Below, piece by piece: positions 1 through 4,996 of a stretch of 6,093 nt of DNA (its first letter is position 1; each line of letters starts with the position of its first letter). The position numbers and the translations under genes were made by a program. Origin of the DNA: a virus (taxonomy: Duplodnaviria > Heunggongvirae > Uroviricota > Caudoviricetes). The stretch lies in IMG/VR virus record IMGVR_UViG_2695420380_000008; one strand, given 5' to 3'. Under the pieces are notes generated by a model, which worked only from the letters and a program-made list of their open reading frames with translations, was not told the origin of the DNA and did no database searches.

Positions 1-244
1 CAGTGGCAAGGTCTTTATTCAGGAGGGCTTTGCATTCTGCTTCGGTATACGTTTTACCGAGCATGATGTCTTTTCCGGTGTGTCCGTGACATACAGTCCA
101 TACACCAATGATATCTTTGTATGGTATGTAGCTGACACCTTCCAGACCATCGTTACCACCTGGGCCAGTGATTAACACAGATGCTATAGCAACAGCCCCG
201 CCACCAATAGCAACTGCAACAGCCTTGCGTAATGATGGCGACAT
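1..244 (-). CDS. SAR (signal-anchor-release) endolysin, phage lysozyme; 5' part only, gene continues beyond window start
   Basis: Minus-strand ATG at 244..242, overlapping the holin stop as TAATG. Translation [81 protein letters not shown]... runs open to position 1. Gly/Ala-rich N-terminal membrane segment typical of a SAR domain, followed by a lysozyme-like region; resembles phage 21 R / DLP12 RrrD from memory. Sits immediately 3' of a holin gene. Confidence 0.85.
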   Translation of the reverse strand, partial: MSPSLRKAVAVAIGGGAVAIASVLITGPGGNDGLEGVSYIPYKDIIGVWTVCHGHTGKDIMLGKTYTEAECKALLNKDLAT

Positions 245-459
245 TATTCACCTCTCGCAGCCTTACGCTTGTCTTCTCTTATTTTGAAATACAGATTTGT
301 CAGATAAGTCAGAAGCCCCAGAAGCAGACTTCCCAGCACACCAATCGCAGCCCACTGTGATGGACTGACCTGATCCAACCACTGCAAAAACCAGTAGCCG
401 GCACTGCCGGCGGAGGTGCCGTAGGCAATGCCTGTTGATATTTTTTCCATCTGATACAT
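244..459 (-). CDS. class II holin (pinholin, S21-like), 71/68-aa dual-start forms
   Basis: ORF of 71 codons plus TAA: [71 protein letters not shown]. Two predicted TMDs (the first Gly/Ala/Ser-rich), charged C-terminal tail, two in-frame ATGs at 459 and 450. G-rich SD-like tract (GGGGGGCGGG) just upstream. Strong resemblance to S21 / DLP12 EssD from memory. Confidence 0.85.
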   Translation of the reverse strand: MYQMEKISTGIAYGTSAGSAGYWFLQWLDQVSPSQWAAIGVLGSLLLGLLTYLTNLYFKIREDKRKAARGE

Positions 460-490
460 ATCCCGCCCCCCGACAGACCTGTGCTATCGG

Positions 491-525
491 AAAGAAAAAA
501 GGCCATCAGCAAAACTCTGATGGCC
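491..525 (-). terminator. intrinsic (rho-independent) terminator on the late-gene strand, 32 nt upstream of the holin start
   Basis: Perfect 9-bp GC-rich stem ggccatcag (501-509) / ctgatggcc (517-525) with a 7-nt loop. On the minus strand it is followed by TTTTTTCTTT (complement of 491-500). Confidence 0.6.
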
Positions 526-635
526 TGAATCACCTTTACCAATATTGTATGAAAAAACACGCACGACTAATTGACAATAATTTTCATTTCCATTAAAAAA
601 GATCGCGTAGCATTCTTAATTCATGAGGAACTTTA

Positions 636-700
636 CCCGCCAGCAATCTGAGTAGCGAAAGCTGTTCATCCCCAATGTTTTTGCTGGCGGGTCCTTTTTT
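636..700 (+). terminator. terminator-like structure on the plus strand: 11-bp inverted repeat plus T6
   Basis: cccgccagcaa (636-646) is the exact reverse complement of ttgctggcggg (681-691), followed on the plus strand by tcctttttt (T-run 695-700). The 34-nt loop is atypically long. A second GC hairpin cctccccggagggggg (711-726) followed by U-rich sequence lies just downstream. Confidence 0.3.
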
Positions 701-857
701 CTACGGTCCTCCTCCCCGGAGGGGGGCATTTCATTATTTTTCTAATCGTTACTGGTGAGAAGGCGGAAGAAAAAGCCAGTTCTTCGCCCCTAAATAACAG
801 CATGATTCCAGTCCATGCAAAATCTGATTTCCAGCTCACACATACCGAGCGCTGTAC

Positions 858-879
858 AAAAAACCGCCAGCCAAGGCAG
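858..879 (-). terminator. weak terminator-like hairpin plus U6 on the minus strand, about 260 nt 3' of tRNA-Gly; the identical sequence recurs at 1816-1837
   Basis: Minus-strand RNA cugcc-uuggcu-ggcgg-uuuuuu: 5-bp stem including one G-U pair, followed by six U (complement of A858-A863). Confidence 0.25.
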
Positions 880-1139
880 TTAAGAGTGTGTTCCCGGGGT
901 TTGCTTAGAATATTTTGTAAGTTGTCCGAAGAGATATTTACAACACCAGAATGATGAATCATCAGTCCCCTGCCAGAGGTTCACTACGTAACCTGACCGA
1001 CAATGCACCATTCTGGTGCTGAAAAAAGAGCACTGGAACTGCAACAAAACAACATCACAGAACAGGAGATGGTAAGGAGTCAGACATTCCCACACAATAT
1101 TGTGTCAGTGCAAATAACAACCTTCGTCTCAAATCTCGC

Positions 1140-1214
<75 letters not shown>

Positions 1215-1217
1215 ATA

Positions 1218-1293
<76 letters not shown>

Positions 1294-1295
1294 GC

Positions 1296-1372
1296 TGGCC
1301 CACCACCGAGGACTCGAACCTCGCACCGTCAACTTAGAAGGTTGATGCTCTATCCGGATGAGCTAGTGGTGG
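1296..1372 (-). tRNA. tRNA-Arg (anticodon UCU; reads AGA/AGG), CCA encoded
   Basis: Reverse complement reads CCACCACTAGCTCATCCGGATAGAGCATCAACCTTCTAAGTTGACGGTGCGAGGTTCGAGTCCTCGGTGGTGGGCCA. Perfect 7-bp acceptor stem CCACCAC/GTGGTGG, anticodon stem TCAAC/GTTGA, loop CTTCTAA, T-stem CGAGG/CCTCG. Confidence 0.8.
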
Positions 1373-1373
1373 T

Positions 1374-1450
1374 TGGTGGCCCTTGCTGGACTTGAACCAG
1401 CGACCTGGCGATTATGAGTCGCTCGCTCTGACCAACTGAGCTAAAGGGCC
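1374..1450 (-). tRNA. tRNA with CAU anticodon, ileX/ileZ-like (tRNA-Ile2, lysidine-dependent AUA reader) or elongator Met; CCA encoded
   Basis: Reverse complement reads GGCCCTTTAGCTCAGTTGGTCAGAGCGAGCGACTCATAATCGCCAGGTCGCTGGTTCAAGTCCAGCAAGGGCCACCA. Acceptor stem GGCCCTT/AAGGGCC, anticodon loop CTCATAA, T-arm GCTGG-TTCAAGT-CCAGC. Closer to E. coli ileX than to metT from memory; Ile2 versus Met cannot be decided from sequence alone. Confidence 0.8.
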
Positions 1451-1549
1451 GGAGGCAGAATAATAACCATATGTCATCACATCTGCAAACTCATCTGACC
1501 ACCAGCACGTTTAACGTCCTGTGCCGTTTTTCAGGTATAAAAAAACCCG

Positions 1550-1580
1550 NNNNNNNNNNNNNNNNNNNNNNNNNNNNNNN
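1550..1580. other. run of 31 N (unresolved sequence / gap)
   Basis: Directly visible in the sequence; copy 1 of the repeat ends at its left edge. Confidence 1.
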
Positions 1581-1617
1581 CTTAAACGTCTTTCAGTCAC
1601 TCCGGGATTTCCCATCA

Positions 1618-1648
1618 NNNNNNNNNNNNNNNNNNNNNNNNNNNNNNN
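1618..1648. other. run of 31 N (unresolved sequence / gap)
   Basis: Directly visible in the sequence; copy 2 of the repeat starts at its right edge. Confidence 1.
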
Positions 1649-2097
1649 GTCCTTTTTTCTACGGTCCTCCTCCCCGGAGGGGGGCATTTCATTATTTTTC
1701 TAATCGTTACTGGTGAGAAGGCGGAAGAAAAAGCCAGTTCTTCGCCCCTAAATAACAGCATGATTCCAGTCCATGCAAAATCTGATTTCCAGCTCACACA
1801 TACCGAGCGCTGTACAAAAAACCGCCAGCCAAGGCAGTTAAGAGTGTGTTCCCGGGGTTTGCTTAGAATATTTTGTAAGTTGTCCGAAGAGATATTTACA
1901 ACACCAGAATGATGAATCATCAGTCCCCTGCCAGAGGTTCACTACGTAACCTGACCGACAATGCACCATTCTGGTGCTGAAAAAAGAGCACTGGAACTGC
2001 AACAAAACAACATCACAGAACAGGAGATGGTAAGGAGTCAGACATTCCCACACAATATTGTGTCAGTGCAAATAACAACCTTCGTCTCAAATCTCGC

Positions 2098-2172
<75 letters not shown>

Positions 2173-2175
2173 ATA

Positions 2176-2251
<76 letters not shown>

Positions 2252-2253
2252 GC

Positions 2254-2330
2254 TGGCCCACCACCGAGGACTCGAACCTCGCACCGTCAACTTAGAAGGT
2301 TGATGCTCTATCCGGATGAGCTAGTGGTGG
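2254..2330 (-). tRNA. tRNA-Arg (UCU), second copy inside the duplicated block
   Basis: Same sequence as 1296-1372, offset by 958 bp. Confidence 0.75.
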
Positions 2331-2331
2331 T

Positions 2332-2408
2332 TGGTGGCCCTTGCTGGACTTGAACCAGCGACCTGGCGATTATGAGTCGCTCGCTCTGACCAACTGAGCT
2401 AAAGGGCC
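2332..2408 (-). tRNA. CAU-anticodon tRNA (Ile2/Met-type), second copy inside the duplicated block
   Basis: Same sequence as 1374-1450, offset by 958 bp. Confidence 0.75.
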
Positions 2409-2417
2409 GGAGGCAGA

Positions 2418-2446
2418 ATAATAACCATATGTCATCACATCTGCAA
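2418..2446 (-). promoter_or_regulatory. candidate sigma70 promoter for the tRNA cluster (minus strand); the same sequence occurs at 1460-1488
   Basis: Minus-strand TTGCAG (-35, complement of 2441-2446), 17-nt spacer, TATTAT (-10, complement of 2418-2423). The -10 ends 9 nt before the mature 5' end of the first tRNA. Hexamer match only. Confidence 0.3.
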
Positions 2447-2496
2447 ACTCATCTGACCACCAGCACGTTTAACGTCCTGTGCCGTTTTTCAGGTAT

Positions 2497-2520
2497 AAAA
2501 AAACCCGCATAAAGCGGGCT
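2497..2520 (-). terminator. intrinsic terminator on the minus strand directly 3' of the putative Q gene (tR'-like position)
   Basis: Minus-strand RNA gcccgc-uuuau-gcgggu followed by UUUUUUUAU: cccgc (2504-2508) / gcggg (2514-2518) stem, then the complement of the A-run 2497-2503. The first bases of the same motif precede the N run at 1539-1549. Confidence 0.55.
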
Positions 2521-2597
2521 CTTTCAAATGTCCATGTCTGCTATTCGCCTCGCGGTACAGCTTTGCGAAGCGTACAAGAATTGAAGCAGTTTTTACG

Positions 2598-3152
2598 TCA
2601 AAAAGCAATAACTTTTTTCTCTATACCAAAAGCCATAACCATTGGTTTGTACAAAATAAATTCTGCCACCTTTAGCCAATGCTCAATGCGTCTTTCACAG
2701 GTTCTTAAACTCCATTTCGGGTGTGCATCATTCAGCAGTTCAGCCATTTTGCGTTTGGTCATCCCCCGCCCCTCATACCGTTGCCGAAGGACGCTAATCA
2801 ATCCTGGATGCTCTGCCAGCACCTCACTTATGACCCGATCAATACATAACGCCTCTGCATCAGTACAATGCGCCAGCCAGCTCTTTTGCTTACCGTTAAT
2901 CATATCCCGCAAAAAAGCCTCAAGTTCAGACTTGTTCAGACCTGCTTTTTTCATCCTCCGGAGCGCCTCGTTAATTGCCGTTTTTGTCAGCTTTTTAGAG
3001 GTCAACATCAGGTTAAACATATTCCCCGTCTTACCGCCACCAATATACGACCAGCGCCCCCACATACGTAGTTTTCCCTGAATCCAGACACTTTCCAGCG
3101 TGGTGAGACGAAGGTGTTCTCCGCTTTTTCCTGTATTCGTTGGGTAAATCAT
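2598..3152 (-). CDS. putative late-gene antiterminator (Q-like), 184 aa
   Basis: Start ATG at 3152..3150 chosen over the track's upstream ATG at 3272 because it has a strong SD (AGGAGGG about 7 nt upstream) and an ATGA overlap with the preceding stop. Translation starts MIYPTNTGKSGEHLRLTTLESVWIQGKL and ends ...KRKMAELLNDAHPKWSLRTCERRIEHWLKVAEFILYKPMVMAFGIEKKVIAF. Position between the nin-like genes and the terminator/tRNA/lysis block is the canonical Q slot; family assignment is from context plus weak recollection, not a verified match. Confidence 0.5.
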   Translation of the reverse strand: MIYPTNTGKSGEHLRLTTLESVWIQGKLRMWGRWSYIGGGKTGNMFNLMLTSKKLTKTAINEALRRMKKAGLNKSELEAFLRDMINGKQKSWLAHCTDAEALCIDRVISEVLAEHPGLISVLRQRYEGRGMTKRKMAELLNDAHPKWSLRTCERRIEHWLKVAEFILYKPMVMAFGIEKKVIAF

Positions 3153-3439
3153 AAATATCCCTCCTTTCTCCAGATTTCTTGTGTGCGAAAAACACCTTCT
3201 GCATGCATCAGGCGTAATTCTTCTTTGGTGTAATCGCTGGTTTTTACCCGCCCGTCGATTAAATCGTGGCACGAGCTACAGGCAATCGCTGCCTGCATAT
3301 CGTGTGGCTTTATCGCTGTTCCGCACGTTCCCGCCAGTCGGTAATGCGCCAGCACAGACGTTTCCGGATCGTGATTGCAGTAGCCAGGAATTCTGACGGT
3401 GCACATCTGCCCCCGCGCCGCTTTACGTAAATCCACCAT
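3149..3439 (-). CDS. DUF1364 family protein (YbcO-like putative zinc-binding nuclease of lambdoid nin regions), 96 aa
   Basis: MVDLRKAARGQMCTVRIPGYCNHDPETSVLAHYRLAGTCGTAIKPHDMQAAIACSSCHDLIDGRVKTSDYTKEELRLMHAEGVFRTQEIWRKEGYL. Conserved Cys/His pattern and DLRKAARG start resemble DLP12 YbcO from memory. Start overlaps the upstream stop as TAATG; stop overlaps the Q start as ATGA. Confidence 0.6.
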   Translation of the reverse strand: MVDLRKAARGQMCTVRIPGYCNHDPETSVLAHYRLAGTCGTAIKPHDMQAAIACSSCHDLIDGRVKTSDYTKEELRLMHAEGVFRTQEIWRKEGYL

Positions 3440-4038
3440 TACGCAAACTCCAGCAGCTGCGCGGCCACATTTTCGACTTGTTCCGGAGAGGAAAATTTAC
3501 GGAACAGAATCCAGTTCCACAGCACATTCAGAACAGATTTATAAACCTGCTGAAACTCGGTTTCGTCCATATTCGCAAACGCGATAGATTTCGCCCGACA
3601 CCCACGGCTACCGTCCGGATAAAAATGCTCGGTGTAAAATCCGGCCTGAATGGCTACCCACTCGCGGAAAGCCTCAAACGACTTTAGCAATGCCGTATCA
3701 CTGGTTCTGCGTGTCGCAACTGTATTCAGATATTGCTCTGCGGCTTCGCTCAGAGCTGGCGTATGTTCCCGGCCTACTGATTCACACAGGTAATCAACGA
3801 AACCGGACACCAGTTTTCGTTCGCGAGGCGTGATCGCCCCACCGACCGGAGTCCAGTAATCGAATCCCAGTTGCAGGAGTTTGAAAAAACGCTTGTGGAA
3901 TGCGTAGTTACGCACACGCTTAAAGTCTGCGTGTATCCACTCACCTGTTTTGATTTGATGCAGAAAATCGCAACTCTCCGGCGTCGCCGGGAGAAGTAAT
4001 CCGGAAGAGGTTTGTTTGACCAGTTGTATATGTGCCAT
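3439..4038 (-). CDS. DUF1367-like lambdoid prophage nin-region protein, 199 aa
   Basis: Start at ATG 4038..4036 (GGAGA SD about 6 nt upstream: ccggagaaagccgATG) preferred over the track's ATG at 4080. MAHIQLVKQTSSGLLLPATPESCDFLHQIKTGEWIHADFKRVRNYAFHKRFFKLLQLGFDYWTPVGG...; about 200 aa and adjacent to DUF1364, as is usual for this family from memory. Confidence 0.5.
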   Translation of the reverse strand: MAHIQLVKQTSSGLLLPATPESCDFLHQIKTGEWIHADFKRVRNYAFHKRFFKLLQLGFDYWTPVGGAITPRERKLVSGFVDYLCESVGREHTPALSEAAEQYLNTVATRRTSDTALLKSFEAFREWVAIQAGFYTEHFYPDGSRGCRAKSIAFANMDETEFQQVYKSVLNVLWNWILFRKFSSPEQVENVAAQLLEFA

Positions 4039-4076
4039 CGGCTTTCTCCGGTGGCACGGTGTTACACAGCAGGAGT

Positions 4077-4364
4077 TCAATCCTGCTCAAGATTGTAGAT
4101 GAGTTTATTCTTCAGCAAAAGCAGAAAACCAGCCTTAAAACCAATCTCTTTCAAAACCCGTAATGATGTGACAAATTCGTCCTCACGCAAAATAAAACCG
4201 TCCGTCAGAAGTCCATTACAAAAATAAAATAACACAGCACCGCTCTTCCTTTGTTGAGATTGCAAACATCTAATGCGGCAATGGCTGACAATCGCTCCAT
4301 TCTCAACGCGCACAGCATAGAGGCCATTTTCACTAAAAATTTCACGCAATTCTTCGATTTTCAT
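4077..4364 (-). CDS. hypothetical small prophage protein, 95 aa
   Basis: ORF with GGAAGGA SD-like sequence about 9 nt upstream of ATG 4364: MKIEELREIFSENGLYAVRVENGAIVSHCRIRCLQ... Occupies the slot between the hok terminator and the DUF1367 gene. No family recognised. Confidence 0.45.
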   Translation of the reverse strand: MKIEELREIFSENGLYAVRVENGAIVSHCRIRCLQSQQRKSGAVLFYFCNGLLTDGFILREDEFVTSLRVLKEIGFKAGFLLLLKNKLIYNLEQD

Positions 4365-4445
4365 CTTCAGAATCCTTCCAGATAAATAGCTCTCCCCTGT
4401 TCGGGGTCCATCCCTCTTCTCCCTGCGCGCTACTTAAGTGAGTCG

Positions 4446-4473
4446 ATTCTATCTGCGAAGGTGCGCGAATCAA
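4446..4473 (-). promoter_or_regulatory. candidate sigma70 promoter for the small ORF / DUF1367 / DUF1364 / Q operon
   Basis: Minus-strand TTGATT (-35, complement of 4468-4473), 16-nt spacer, TAGAAT (-10, complement of 4446-4451), about 80 nt upstream of ATG 4364 and just 3' of the hok terminator. Hexamer match only. Confidence 0.3.
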
Positions 4474-4493
4474 ATTCACCGGAAATAAACAAC

Positions 4494-4536
4494 AAAAAAC
4501 CCGCCGAAACGCTGAGAGATCACAGCGATGGGCGGG
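4494..4536 (-). terminator. intrinsic terminator at the 3' end of the hok transcript
   Basis: Minus-strand RNA CCCGCC-cau-CGCUG-ugaucucu-CAGCG-uuuc-GGCGGG followed by UUUUUU: outer stem 4500-4505/4531-4536, inner stem 4510-4514/4523-4527, U-run from the complement of A4494-A4499. Confidence 0.6.
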
Positions 4537-4541
4537 TTAAG

Positions 4542-4557
4542 TGCGGGTGCGTTGAGG
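4542..4557 (-). promoter_or_regulatory. candidate fbi-like 3' element of hok mRNA, complementary to the 5' end of the transcript
   Basis: Plus-strand tgcgggtgcgttgagg (4542-4557) is the inverted repeat of cctcaagcacccgca (4928-4942), 15 of 16 positions with a one-nucleotide bulge. Both lie inside the predicted hok transcript. Confidence 0.5.
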
Positions 4558-4613
4558 ATGCCTGACACATCAGAGGTGGGCGGGGATGGGATCAGCTCCC
4601 CGCCCGGTCACTC

Positions 4614-4769
4614 TTACTTCCTGGATTCGTAGTCTACGAAGACAGCGACCTCCGTCTGGCCGGTTCGGATTCGTACCTCACAGAGGTCTTTCCTCGTTAC
4701 CAGTGCCGTCACTATGACGGTTAAACAGATGACGATCAGGGCGATTAACATCGCCTTTTGCTGCTTCAT
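4614..4769 (-). CDS. hok: Hok/Gef family type I toxin (small membrane toxin), 51 aa
   Basis: ATG 4769..4767 with AAGGAG SD 9 nt upstream; MKQQKAMLIALIVICLTVIVTALVTRKDLCEVRIRTGQTEVAVFVDYESRK. Hydrophobic TMD followed by the conserved LVTRKDLCEV.IRTGQTEVAVF core of HokC/HokD-type toxins. Confidence 0.85.
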   Translation of the reverse strand: MKQQKAMLIALIVICLTVIVTALVTRKDLCEVRIRTGQTEVAVFVDYESRK

Positions 4770-4826
4770 AGCCTGCTTCTCCTTGCCTTTCGGCATGTAA
4801 GAGGCTAACCTACATGTGCAAAGCAT
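4614..4826 (-). CDS. mok: mok-like reading frame: in-frame N-terminal extension of hok, 70 aa
   Basis: Upstream in-frame ATG at 4826 gives MLCTCRLASYMPKGKEKQA-MKQQK..., the same pattern as chromosomal mokC/hokC (ML.TCR...K.KEK.AMKQ.K) as I recall it. Confidence 0.5.
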   Translation of the reverse strand: MLCTCRLASYMPKGKEKQAMKQQKAMLIALIVICLTVIVTALVTRKDLCEVRIRTGQTEVAVFVDYESRK

Positions 4827-4888
4827 GAAATTGGCCTCAGATTAATGTTAAGCGTCTTGCCGGACGCGTAATGTTAACTGGGGCTTTT
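4818..4888 (+). ncRNA. sok: candidate Sok-like antisense RNA covering the mok start codon and leader
   Basis: Plus-strand TTGCCT (4783-4788), 17-nt spacer, TAACCT (4806-4811), inside the mok 5' coding region in antisense. Downstream, gcctcag (4834-4840) pairs with ctggggc (4878-4884) enclosing an inner hairpin gcgtc/gacgc (4852-4856/4863-4867), followed by TTTT (4885-4888). Boundaries are approximate. Confidence 0.3.
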
Positions 4889-4927
4889 CTCTATCTGCCT
4901 TTTGGTGTTCATGCCTGAAGCAGATAG

Positions 4928-4942
4928 CCTCAAGCACCCGCA
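4928..4942 (-). promoter_or_regulatory. candidate tac-like 5' element of hok mRNA, pairing partner of 4542-4557
   Basis: See 4542-4557. Lies immediately downstream of the predicted hok transcription start. Confidence 0.5.
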
Positions 4943-4945
4943 GTC

Positions 4946-4975
4946 ATTCTACTTACCTCGCCAATATGAAATCAA
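4946..4975 (-). promoter_or_regulatory. candidate sigma70 promoter of the hok/mok transcript
   Basis: Minus-strand TTGATT (-35, complement of 4970-4975), 18-nt spacer, TAGAAT (-10, complement of 4946-4951). Predicted +1 near 4939, at the start of the tac-like element and about 110 nt upstream of the mok ATG. Confidence 0.4.
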
Positions 4976-4996
4976 TCAGAAAGGTGCCCCATAAAA

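Noticed and set aside
309-560. 83-aa minus-strand ORF overlapping the holin gene in another frame
   Set aside because: Lies out of frame inside a well-supported holin CDS and across the terminator; composition not protein-like; no SD.
460-1139. Shiga toxin or other cargo gene in the tRNA-to-holin slot
   Set aside because: No ORF with a signal peptide or A/B-subunit-like translation; the interval is too short and has no credible coding frame.
1471-1920. ORFs 1471..1716 (+), 1521..1703 (+) and 1615..1920 (-) whose translations contain runs of X
   Set aside because: They read through the N runs; artefacts of gap filling, not genes.
2479-3081. 200-aa plus-strand ORF (and nested 2868..3071) antisense to the putative Q gene
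   Set aside because: Entirely antisense to a better-supported, context-consistent minus-strand gene; it starts in the terminator region with no SD.
3153-3272. Longer version of the Q ORF starting at the first ATG (3272)
   Set aside because: Would overlap the DUF1364 gene by 120 nt; the internal ATG at 3152 has a strong SD and an ATGA coupling overlap.
3181-3687. Plus-strand ORFs 3181..3396, 3399..3587 and 3478..3687
   Set aside because: Antisense shadows of the DUF1364 and DUF1367 genes; Pro/Arg-rich translations typical of the reverse frame of coding DNA.
4577-4604. 9-bp GC hairpin gggcgggga / tccccgccc just 3' of the hok stop as a separate terminator
   Set aside because: Not followed by a U-run on either strand; more likely part of the structured 3' region of the hok mRNA than an independent terminator.
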